64,000 nt of DNA. Source: Basidiobolus meristosporus CBS 931.73 (taxonomy: Eukaryota > Fungi > Basidiobolomycota). The position numbers and the translations under genes were made by a program. Each line of letters starts with the position of its first letter. The stretch's first letter is position 1. The notes below the pieces were generated by a model. It was given only the letters and a program-made list of their open reading frames with translations. It had not been told where the DNA came from and ran no database searches. Location of the stretch: positions 1 through 64,000 of the forward strand of contig MCFE01000067.1 in assembly GCA_002104905.1 (NCBI GenBank). The letters run 5' to 3'. Shown one piece after another: positions 23,601 through 34,759 of the stretch.

Positions 23601-24456
23601 AGCCATTGACCAATAGCTAAATATGAAGCACTAGGTTTGTGACATTAAGATTGCATGGCTGAGTTGGACCTTACTAAGCCTTGATGTAATAATAAGCCAC
23701 ACAGCTGTGCTTGAACTTCTCTCAATTGAGGCAGCACTGGTAAATGACAAAATTTTATATTCATAAAGTCTGGTGCAACACTTTGAGGCCACTGGTATTT
23801 AACAGCTTGATGCACACATGCTTATCTCATCTGAAGCTTTTTTTAGCTGAATATTTATATCAAGTGTTTAGTATACACCTATATTGTGTATATTCCTTGC
23901 ATTTCTGCATTGTCCTATACCAAGTTAGCCCAAAACTTACAACTCTCAGGATCTTAGGTACTAGCCATTTGGCAGACAAGCAGACATACTATCCAGGAGG
24001 TGACCAGGCCAAACAGCATTCATACCAGATTTAGTACTCTGCTACTTGCCACTTCCACCAAAAATTGCTACCAATAATTTTAACCAGCTGAATGCTAGCT
24101 AAATACTGGCAGATTAGCAGGAAATTAACAAATGAGTTCAAATTCAGGATTTTTCATAGTTGTATTTCATATATTTACCTGGATTAAAGTCTGCAGGCCC
24201 TAGAGCATTTTGTTCAAATCCTATGTAGGGATACACTTGAAACATCTAATCAAAATATCAGGCCTGCAGAGCATGAGAAGTCTCTGGATTATCCAGAGAC
24301 CCCCAGACATTACACAAATATCCTTAGGACCTTACTATAGAAACTCTATGTGTCAGTACAGTCAAGAACATGTAAAAATATATACACCACTTTTATATTC
24401 TTAACACCTTTGGGCAAAAACTGCTTATTCTACTTGTTCTCTTACTCACTTCCATA
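20666..24456. mobile_element. CpG-depleted, ORF-less ~3.8 kb block; probable decayed, formerly methylated repeat or transposon relic (family unidentified)
   Basis: I found only one CG dinucleotide (22902) in this span, while GC, TG and CA are abundant and the flanks have normal CpG. No long ORF, and no LTR, TIR or RT motif was recognised. Confidence 0.45.
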
Positions 24457-24673
24457 CGCTCATGACTATTACATCACCAATTCCATTATATTCAGTATCT
24501 AAGATATTGCTAATTCTTAAAAATAGTAAATACCTGGAGATTTATCAGAATTTTCGAACTTGTCCAAAGCCTCCAGACCATATATAATCTCAAGATATCA
24601 ATCAAGTGTGATATACGTGTTGGCAAAAAATTAAGTGTGCAATTTCACTTCAAGCTCATACATGATGTAAAAA

Positions 24674-24746
24674 CGAGGCGCATGGGACTCGAACCCACAA
24701 TCCCCAGATCCGAAGTCTGATGCCTTATCCATTAGGCCAACGCCCC
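24674..24746 (-). tRNA. tRNA-Arg(TCG), copy A
   Basis: GGGGCGTTGGCCTAATGGATAAGGCATCAGACTTCGGATCTGGGGATTGTGGGTTCGAGTCCCATGCGCCTCG plus TTTTT; 73 nt, anticodon TCG. Confidence 0.95.
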
Positions 24747-25969
24747 TTGTATAAACGAGAAGGAGTCATCGTACAATCCCTATGGTCCCATGATAAACTT
24801 GGAAAGCCCTCATTTTTCGCCTCATATATTTTATCGATAATAATGTACGCTTGTAAATCATACTTCTCCTGGACATCTTGTACAGTCGAGTTTGTGAATT
24901 TTGTAAGTAGCAATTGAAATGGCCCATCACAATACGTGCACACCACTGTATACACGTAGAATTAGTGTTGACGGATTTACATCTATCGTCGGTAAATTTA
25001 GAATTACCAAAGTTAATGAAACACACTCATGGCGCATCTATCTTCCTGCCGTAGCGCCAATCTGGTGTTCAAATTTCAGAGTAACAAAGATGAACTTAGA
25101 AAAACAAGTGAAAGATTGCAAGTTTTACATAACATCTTAAATATTTATAACTTACACCGATTTGTGACATTTAGCAAGGTAAGGTAGCCATTAATATACC
25201 TCATTCATTATATATGATAAGTGCAAATAAGAACCAATATTAGAGTAAACTGCACAGGCTTTTCAGTTGTAAACATCATTTCAGCACCCCAAAATCACTA
25301 TCATAAGACGCCAAAGAACATGGTAAGATGACGGGTATTGCATACCCTATTGTCTTAAAAATAGACGAGCTACCCTGTAGGTTAAAAATACGAATTATAC
25401 CCTGAGCTGAGGAGGAAAATATCATGATGAAACACTGATCCCATCGCAATCTATCGTATCACCATTATTGCCAAAAATAACGGAGCTACTGGCCCATTGA
25501 AAAGGAATACCGGCTATTGGCGAAAGATGTGTAACGAACATTACAGGCTGATGTTACACTTCGTGTAGCTGCTCTAATTTTAACATCGCGTATTGGATAA
25601 GGGCTCAATACAGCCACAAGCTAATGATCGATATCAGCTGAAACCATTGCTCGGACACAAATCTTAAGGTTACAACTTACTGTCAGATACGAGCCATCCA
25701 GATCTCCACATGAAGCATGATCCATCTATTACTTACCCAGAATTCCGAGGGAGTTCCACAAAATGCGAGTGGAAAGATATATGTCGTACTTGGTGAGACT
25801 AGTCGCTGCATTTGATTGCAACGAAAAATATCTAGCTGAGGAAATCATGGAAAATATTCCGATACTAGCCTTACCAGGGTTAGTGGAAGCTGCATTGGGC
25901 CAGCAATACATGTTTTATTGCAATAAGTTAGGTGGTCATTAGATTAGCTACAGAATCGATTGGTGCCTT

Positions 25970-27643
25970 TTAAACGCAGGCCTTTGTGCCGCATTTGCTG
26001 TCTGAGGGATTAGGTTCACGGTAGAACGGTTGACTTTGCAGGCACTCGGCAAGGTTGACCACTCTCCAGCCTCTTCCCAGCAGATAATCGATAGAGCGCT
26101 TGGCAAGTGGAATGGTTCTGGGGTAGCTTTCGGGCCTGAAGTCGGCAGTTGTGTTCCACACATCATGGTTCAGGGAGATGAATTTGCCAACTTGAGGACT
26201 GGTCGATCCAGTCTGATCAACATACTCTTGGTACATCTCATCAATGGAATTCACCGGATTCCAATCAACTGGATCCACATTCCAGTTGACAACGGTGTAG
26301 CCCATCTTGTAAAGAATCTTGCGTGATGGCCCATCAGTGTCGCCATAAGGGGGTCTCATGCAGGTGGGAACCTTGCCGAGGACTTTACTGAAGGCGTAAT
26401 TCAGTCGGGTCATTTCGTAGACAACCTCTTGCTCACTCACGGTGATGAGGTCGGTGTGAGCCCAGGTGTGAGAACAGATCTGATGTCCGGAGTTGTAGGC
26501 GCGTCTGACGACATCGGCAAGCTCGTAGATGGTCAGCATAGGGTTTCCAGTGTCACCATTCTTCCTGTTGTTCCCGTTGATGAAGAAAGTGGCCTTCACC
26601 TTCACTTCATCCAGATAATCCAACAACCCTGAAGTCAGAATGCTTGGTCCGTCATCGTAGGTGACCGCGAAGGTTCCAGCGGCCTTACATCCTGTAATCA
26701 CTTCTGCCTCTATTTTATTGTCGCAAATACCGAAGTCTTTTTGGCACCCTGTAGAGCAGTGTCCGGAGGTATATCCGCAGTAGCCAGTTTGGCCACAACA
26801 CAAACCAGGAGCGCATGAACCATACTTGGAGCCACACTGTTCATCGAGGTACTTCAGCACAGTCGGAGTCGAGGTAGGCTGAGTGGTGGTGGTGGTAGTA
26901 GTGGCTGAGGTAGCGGTAATGGAAGTTGTCAGAGAGGATGTAATGGAGCTGGTATCGGAGGTCGATGTAGCCGATGAAGTCTGAGATGACTGGGAGGTAG
27001 TAGTAGAGCTGGTGCCAGTGGTTGTTGTAGCTGATGAAGTCTGAGATGACTGGGAGGTAGTAGTAGAGCTGGTGCCGGTGGTTGTTGTGGCAGATGAGGT
27101 CGGAGATGACTGGGATGTAGCAATTGAACTTGTACCATTGTTTGTTGAAATTGACGAGGATGAAGTAACTGTACTAGATGAAGATGTTGTAGACGTCGAT
27201 TGAGATGATTGTGTGGACGTAGGCTTGGAGGAGCTAGAACTTGTCGTGGTAGACATGCCACAAGTACCATACTTGATCTGGCATTTTCCAGTGCAATGAT
27301 CGGACGAGTAGCCACAGTAGCCCCATTCACTGCAACACAAGCCTGTGTCGCAGGTGCCATAGTTTGAGCCGCACCGTTCATTGAGTTTCTTCAAGCCACT
27401 ACTACAGGTGCCGTACTTCTTCTGACAGCCGTCGGTGCAGTGATCGGACGAGGTGCCGCAGTACCCCCATTGACTACAACACAGCCCCGACTCGCAAGAG
27501 CCGTACTTGGAGCCACAGCGTTCATTGAGCTTAGCCAAGGCGTTGGCTCTAGTGACCAGTCGTCCGTACCTATCATTGGCTGGAGCACTTTCAGCGGATT
27601 TTGCAACCAGTGCAATGACGAGTAGAGCCAGGGATGATTTCAT
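25970..27643 (-). CDS. Chitin deacetylase 4 (CE4) with 3 CBM18 and a long Ser/Thr linker, 557 aa
   Basis: Intact ORF with signal peptide and all CE4 motifs. Confidence 0.95.
   Translation of the reverse strand: MKSSLALLVIALVAKSAESAPANDRYGRLVTRANALAKLNERCGSKYGSCESGLCCSQWGYCGTSSDHCTDGCQKKYGTCSSGLKKLNERCGSNYGTCDTGLCCSEWGYCGYSSDHCTGKCQIKYGTCGMSTTTSSSSSKPTSTQSSQSTSTTSSSSTVTSSSSISTNNGTSSIATSQSSPTSSATTTTGTSSTTTSQSSQTSSATTTTGTSSTTTSQSSQTSSATSTSDTSSITSSLTTSITATSATTTTTTTQPTSTPTVLKYLDEQCGSKYGSCAPGLCCGQTGYCGYTSGHCSTGCQKDFGICDNKIEAEVITGCKAAGTFAVTYDDGPSILTSGLLDYLDEVKVKATFFINGNNRKNGDTGNPMLTIYELADVVRRAYNSGHQICSHTWAHTDLITVSEQEVVYEMTRLNYAFSKVLGKVPTCMRPPYGDTDGPSRKILYKMGYTVVNWNVDPVDWNPVNSIDEMYQEYVDQTGSTSPQVGKFISLNHDVWNTTADFRPESYPRTIPLAKRSIDYLLGRGWRVVNLAECLQSQPFYREPNPSDSKCGTKACV
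26966..27120 (-). repeat. 60-bp coding tandem repeat (~2.6 copies) in the CDA4 linker
   Basis: GATGAAGTCTGAGATGACTGGGAGGTAGTAGTAGAGCTGGTGCC recurs at 60-nt spacing. It encodes TTSQSSQTSSATTTTGTSS-type units. Confidence 0.85.
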
Positions 27644-29120
27644 GGCTGGGACCTAGAAACTCGAGAAATCTGAGAAACTAGCAAGGAAATGGCGTGGCTT
27701 ATAAAGAGAGCGGACTTCCATGGTATGAATGAGCAATCTAAGTGAACAAATTAGCGTGCAGCACTGGAATCATTCGAATGCGCGAGATAATCGAACGGTC
27801 AAGAGCTACCGGTTTGTCTTCCGTTGTACATGATAGCAGGCTATGATTATGATCCCATTGGGTGACGCTATGGTGAACAATGTAACAGTAGCACAACTAC
27901 ACTAAGCCAAGTGGTCTACACGAGGCTGGCCAATTTGAGATGCATCTACAAGAAAAAGACTACCTCTGATATAGACGGGGTGTGAATTGAAACTAGTCTG
28001 CCACAAATACCATAAATAGTTGGTCGAATCAGTGTCGAACTCGAGTTCGCCTGTTCTTTTGATGGGATAACTCAACTGGTATCTACCTGTTTCCCGGGAA
28101 AGTTGAAAGAACCATCTAAAAATACTTTGCATTGGAATTGGCTCTAAGCAAGGTAAAGTCATTTAGGTATGGTCATTGTTTCCAACTCTGTCTGAACAAT
28201 GGGTTTGTGCGATTTACTTAACAAACCATCCAATCTCCGCATGTACCTAGCACAACGTACCGGCTGTCACAATGATTGATGAAAAACCAGATATCCAACA
28301 GGATCGATTTTAGTATCCATCGAGCGGCGCATATTATCAAGTTGATTATGTATGGAGGTAAGTTGCTTGATCATCATTTAATTGTTTGGGACACTCTCAA
28401 TGTAATCTTTTTCCTCATACCAGGTAGGTTCTTTATAATATGAAAGGAGTACCTATTTTCCTGGCCTAGATCATATTTATACTTTCTCTGGTATCCGCTA
28501 AGTTTATGAAACAATAGAATTTGGCCCCAATCTGAAAGGTATTTTTCAACTTGTATACTTGTTGGCATAAATAGCAAACCCTAGTTCACCTGTGGTTCAT
28601 TTTTCAGTTTTGGATTAATGTGTATTGTACACTTTGAATCACTACCTAGCTGCATATGGGATTACTTCAAATTAAATTTTGTAGCATACTCACTATTATC
28701 TTGGAATAATTTGCTGAATGTCCATTCATTCTAAAGCCTCATGACTGATATAGATGTACTTTTTATGATTATTTTCCACAATTCCTTTTTTCCAAGTGGG
28801 AGCAACTTACTGAGCAGTTGTATCCTAAATTTTGCAAGCAAATTGCTTAGCATCCTTTCCAGCATTGTAAGTATTCTAAAATCTATTGCAAGAGAGCAAC
28901 AACATGTATAGGTTAAGGTCCATGCAAAAATGATTTTCATTTTGATGATAATTTTCCGCTTCCCATCTGACAATTGATGACAGACCAAGGAGCCTAATCC
29001 CGGATTAAAATTATCAGCTATATTGGGGAAAATTATTATGTACAATCATTTAGCTGCTGAACAAAATACAATATTATCCATGTGTGAATTCAATTTGACT
29101 ATTTACACTTTGGGTAAAAA

Positions 29121-29185
29121 CAAGGTGCATGGGACTCAAACCCACAATCCAAAGTCTGATGCCTTATCCATTAGGCCAATGCCCC
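29121..29185 (-). pseudogene. tRNA-Arg(TCG) pseudogene, copy B
   Basis: Aligns to 24674-24746 with an 8-nt deletion between ATCC microhomologies, removing the 3' anticodon stem and variable loop. It has five substitutions, all at CpG. Confidence 0.9.
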
Positions 29186-29559
29186 GTATACTATTGTCAC
29201 AGAGTAAGGAGTCACTTGATGTTAAGTGACATCAACACATACAAAGACGACTTAGTAGCCAGGGAAAAGCAAAACAAGACAAATCACCAGACTCACAATA
29301 AGGTATAAATACCAAACAAACAATCAAATAAAAGGCAGTTTCGGTTACAAGCAGAAAAGCGCAGTAGAAACAAATATTAGCTTGAATATATTTCTACAAA
29401 GTCACCACCCTGACCTTTTAAGAGATATTCTTACACTACCCCGTCGAATCTACAAGATAACATACACGTTATCCATTTTTGTACTCTCTAAAGGGCATTA
29501 CTCTTTAAGTACGTAACAAAACACTCTAAAGCTCTCTTATTCACACTCAGCGAAGATGG

Positions 29560-29950
29560 CTAAAAGCCTTCATTTCGTCACTCCGTATTTGTTGGCATAC
29601 GCCATTAGTTTTGGAAGCATTCGTCCTCCTACTCCTGGACAACTTGGTCCAGACCCTCAATCTTTTGAACTATTGGTGAATCTTACTTAGCGAAGTGGGA
29701 ATCCGATGACGAAACACACATTCAAATGGATTTGATCACTAAAGCTCTATTAGTCACAGTCAGCGAACACGAGTAAAGTTTTCATTTTGTTACCCTGTAT
29801 TTGTTGACATACGCCATTAGTTTGGGAAACATCCGTCCTTCTACTCCTGGCCAACTTGCTCCAGACTCTTAATCTATTGAGCTGTTGGTGACCCTATTGA
29901 GCGTTGTGAGAACTCAACGTTGAAACACATCTTGCTATGTGGACTTGAGC
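29560..29950. repeat. ~210-bp diverged tandem duplication; a single hybrid copy at 34030-34210
   Basis: GTATTTGTTG(G/A)CATACGCCATTAGTTTTGG..CTACTCCTGG occurs twice here and once in the third unit, which joins copy 1 to copy 2 at TGGA(T/C)TTGA. Confidence 0.75.
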
Positions 29951-30508
29951 ATATCGTATCTAACCCTATCACGATTAATCAAATCCTGATTGTTGCCAAA
30001 AACAAAGCAGATACTCGTGGTGTATTGACAAAGAATGTTATTTGTCAGCCAAATTTGCGTATTTGCAGCGTGTGTTCCTAGGTGAACGTTACACTTCATG
30101 TACCTACTCCAATGAAATAGGGAATCGGTAAATTCTTGAGCTATTGAACGATGTCAACTGAAACCACTGCTCGGCCACAATAAAGAACATTCTTAAGGTT
30201 ACAATTCATTATCGAATGAAAAGCATAATCCGCCTATTCTATGCCTTCCATTCCTTATCCAGAAGTTTCGAGCATATATCCCGCAATGCGTGTGCTACGA
30301 CATGTATCGTACATTGTGAGACTGTTCATTTCATTGGATACAGAGGCTAAAGATAAATTATCAAGCTTGACCTGTTGTGGAAATCATGGAAAATACTCCG
30401 ATACTAGCCTTACCAAGGTTAGTGGAGGTTACCTGGGGCCAACAATCAGTTGTTTATTGAAATAAATTAGGTGCTCATTAGATTAGCTACAGAATCGATT
30501 GGTGCCTT

Positions 30509-32074
30509 TTAAACGCAGGCCTTTGTACCGCATTTGCTGTCTGAGGGATTAGGTTCACGGTAGAACGGTTGACTTTGCAGGCACTCGGCAAGGTTGACCA
30601 GTTTCCAGCCTCTTCCCAGCAAATAATCGATAGAGCGCTTGGCAAGTGGAATGGTTCTGGGTAGCTTTCGGGCCTGAAGTCGGCAGTGGTGTTCCACACA
30701 TCATGGTTCAGGGAGATGAATTTACCAACTTTAGTGACTGGTCGATCCAGTCTGATCAACATACTCTTGGTACATCTCATCAATGGAATTCACCGGATCC
30801 CAATCAACTGGATCCACATTCCAGGTAACAACGGTGTAGCCCATCTTGTAAAGAATCTTGCGTGATGGTCCATCAGTGTCGCCATAAGGGGGTCTCATGC
30901 AGGTGGGGACCTTGCCGAGGACTTTACTGAAGGCGTGATTCAGCCTGGTCATTTCGTAGACAACTTCTTGCTCACTCACGGTGAGGAGGTCAGTGTGGGC
31001 CCAGGTGTGAGAGCAGATCTGATGTCCGGAGTTGTAGGCGCGTCTGACGACATCGGCAAGTTCGTAGATGGTCAGCATAGGGTTTCCAGTTTCGCCGTTC
31101 TCCCTATTGTTCCCGTTGATGAAGAAAGTGGCCTTCACCTTCACTTCATCCAGATAATCTAACAACCCTGAAGTCAGAACGCTTGGTCCGTCATCGTAGG
31201 TGACCGCGAAGGTTCCAGCGGCCTTACATCCTGTAATCACTTCTGCCTGTATTTTGTTGTCGCATATGCCGAAGTCTTTTTGGCACCCTGTTGAGCACTG
31301 CTCGGAGGTATATCCGCAGTAGCCAGTTTTACCACAGCACAAACCAGGTGCACATGAACCATACTTGGAGCCACACTGTTCATCGAGGTACTTCAGCACA
31401 GTCGGAGTCGAGGTAGGCTGAGTGGTGGTGGTGGTGGTAGAGGTGGAGGTGGAGGTAGTGGATGTGGATGTTGTCTGAGATGATGTATTAGAACTGGTGC
31501 CGGCGGTTGATGTAGCCGATGATGTCAGAGATGACTGGGAAGTAGCTGTAGAACTGGTGCTAGTGGTTCTTGTAGCAGACGAGGACTGGGAAGTAGCTGC
31601 ACTAGTTGTGGAGGTTTTGGTAGTCGTCGATTGAGACGATGGGGTAGAAGTAGGCTTGGATGAGCTGGAGCTTGTAGTGGTCTTTACGCCACAAGTGCCA
31701 TACTTGATCTGACATTTTCCAGTGCAATGATCGGACGAGTAGCCACAGTAGCCCCATTCACTGCAACACAAGCCTGTGTCGCAGGTGCCATAGTTTGAGC
31801 CGCACCGTTCATTGAGTTTCTTCAAGCCACTACTACAGGTGCCGTACTTCTTCTGACAGCCGTCGGAGCAGTGATCGGACGAGGTGCCGCAGTACCCCCA
31901 TTGACTACAACACAGCCCCGACTCACAAGAGCCGTACTTGGAGCCACAGCGTTCATTGAGCTTAGCCAAGGCGTTGGCTCTGGTGACCAGTGGTCCGTAC
32001 CTATCATTGGCTGGAGCACTTTCAGCGGATTTTGCAACCAGTGCAATGACGAGTAGAGCCAGGGATGATTTCAT
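30509..32074 (-). pseudogene. Chitin deacetylase 5 (3 CBM18 + CE4), two frameshifts near the 3' end
   Basis: A +1 insertion near 30733 gives a stop at 30731, before motif 5 (LNHD). A second -1 deletion lies at GGG 30659-30661 (GGGG in CDA4). Could be real or a consensus error. Confidence 0.8.
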
Positions 32075-33903
32075 GGCTGGGACCTAGAAACTCGAGAAAT
32101 CTGAGAAAATAGCAAGGAAATGGCGTGGCTTATAAAGAGAGCGGACTTCCATGGTATGAATGAGCAATCTAAGTGAACAAATTAGCGTGCAGCACTGGAA
32201 TCATTCGAATGCGCGAGAGAATCGAACGGTCAAGAGCTACCGGTTTGCCTTCCGTTGTACCTGGTTACGGCTAATGGCCATAATCCCATAAGGGGACTCA
32301 CTAACGAGTAGTGTGACAGTAGCACAATGGCGCTAAGTTAAGAAGTCTACCTGAGGCTGGTCAATTTAACATCCATTTACGAGGAAAAAGTTACTTCCGA
32401 TACAGGTTGGACGTGAATAGAAATCAGTCTGTCACAAATACCATAAATAGTTGGTCGAATCAGGATGCTCGAACTCCCTCGGAATTCGTCTGTTCCTTTC
32501 GACAGATAACTGGTAATTTACCGGTTTCTCGGGGAAGTTGAAAGAGCCATCTAAAAATACTTCGCATCTGAACTGGTCCTAAACATGGTAAAGTCAGCTA
32601 GGTGTGACCACTGCCTCCAATTTCATTTGAACAAAGAATCTGTGGGATTTTCTAACTCATCCAGTTATCACATGTACCTAACACAACGAGCCAACTGTCA
32701 TAACGATTGATGATCATCAAGATATCTAACAGGATCCATTTGCGCATCCATTGAAGAGGTTTCCCATGCGTGGAGGTAAGTTGCCAGATCTAGAGTCAAA
32801 CGTAGGAGACGTACTCAACACACAGTCTTTTCCCAAAATCATGTTGGTTCTCTATGATGCAAAAGGAACAACCTTCGATCTTCCCGCAAAAGACGGAACG
32901 CTACCCCACTTTCAACCAAAAATCTAATATCATCATAAGAAAATCCATGTCTAGATTATATACTTTGTCTATACCGCTAGTGGGCAAGAGTTCACATTTT
33001 ACATACATGTCTTTACACAGCATTGCCTCCAACTCTGATTTTTGAACGCGCCAAGTTCATTCCAAATTGAATATGTTGTAAATTTTGTATTCGCGTTAAT
33101 TTGATCACTTCGATCCTACACCATGAGCTTAATGACTTCAAGATCAGATTCTCTGTTGGGATTTACTCTGGGATTTTTCACCAAAATATCAGATACCCAG
33201 AATAGGATATTTCCCAAAGTCGCCCAACCAATCCTAAACTTCGTCAGCGTGTTCTTGGAATCTTCCTCAACGGACTCGAGATGGTTTTCTGCGAAAACAT
33301 TGTAAAAGTGTCGATGCAGCTGTTACATAAAATAGATCATTAGGTGAAAACCAAAATTTTACTAGTTTCCCCAATCACTTTGGAGTGTTTCCGAAAACCT
33401 CACAACAGGAGATTGGAATGCAACTATCAGAAACAGACAGTAGGGATTATGTGTTTGGCTTGTCATGAAGGTATCATTCAAAAATGCTTGGATCATATGG
33501 TAAGCCAACTGGAGTCAATTTGCTTAGCTTCTGATGCCTTCTTGCATAATGAACTACCCCTTAGCTTCAGTTTTACTATTGTTGCAAATTTGCAACTACA
33601 TTGTCATAATGGTTATGTTGGCAAATGATAGGAATGCTTTTAAATGTCTCAGGAAGATGTGCTCAGAGTGTAGGGCCTTATATTGGATTCTACACCTATG
33701 AACATCATCATTCACAAAAAATTCATGATATCTGGAAAACTAATTATCAGCAACAGATCTCATTGATAGTTCACACAATGTTACTGGCTGAGTGATATAC
33801 CAAGAAAATTATCTTGATTTAACTCAGGAAACAGTACGTGAATAATTTCGGTGCTAAGTCGATTGTTTGTAAATTCATTAAGCATTCACGGTTTATGTAA
33901 AAA

Positions 33904-33976
33904 CGAGGCGCATGGGACTCGAACCCACAATCCCCAGATCCGAAGTCTGATGCCTTATCCATTAGGCCAACGCCCC
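33904..33976 (-). tRNA. tRNA-Arg(TCG), copy C
   Basis: Identical to 24674-24746, with a TTTTT terminator. Confidence 0.95.
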
Positions 33977-34759
33977 GCACACAAACACTCTAAAGCTCAC
34001 TTATTCTCACTCAGCGAAGATGGCTAAAAGCCTTCATTTCGTCACTCCGTATTTGTTGGTATACGCCATTAGTTTTGGAAGCATTCGTCCTTCTACTCCT
34101 GGACAACTTGGTCCAGACTCTCAATCTTTTGAACTATTGGTGAACCTTACTTAGCGAAGTGGGAATCCGATGACGAAACACACATTCAAATGGATTTGAG
34201 CATATCGTATCTAACCCTATCGCGATTCATCTAATCCTGATTGTTGCCAAAAACAAAGCAGATGCTCGTGGTGTATTGACAAAGAACGTTATTTGTCAGC
34301 CAAATTTGCGTATTTGCAGCGTGTGTTCCTAGGTGAATGCTACACTTTGTGTAGCCACTTCAATGGGATCAGCAAGTTGGTGATCCATATCGACTGAAAC
34401 TACTGCTCTGGTATAAAGACCATATGCAAAGGTTACAACTTTCCATCAGATACGAATAATCCAAATTTCTAAGTGCATTATTCGTGTATTCTTACCTTGT
34501 AATCCCTACCCAGAGGTTTCGAAGGTACTCCCCAAAATGTGAGCGTTAAGAGAAATATTGCGCATCGCGGGTCTGATCGTTCCAATGCATTCATAAACTC
34601 ACGATAAATTATCTAGCATGATCTTGGGAGTAATTCATGGAGAATATTCCGATACTAACCTTACCAAGGTTAGTGGAGGTTACCTGGGGCCAACAATCAG
34701 TTGTTTATTGAAATAAATTAGGTGCTCATTAGATTAGCTACAGAATCGATTGGTGCCTT

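Noticed and set aside
20666-24456. Rebuilding a long protein by reading stops as Gln or Arg
   Set aside because: Stop density (roughly 6%) in the frames I tried matches random expectation for this AT content. An LLVHKGDG string resembling Gypsy RT was not followed by the expected motifs.
29556-29690. 44-aa signal-peptide-like ORF (MAKSLHFVTPYLLAYAISFG...) repeated at 34020-34154
   Set aside because: The two copies differ by three non-synonymous and one synonymous change, and the third copy is frameshifted, so there is no sign of coding constraint.
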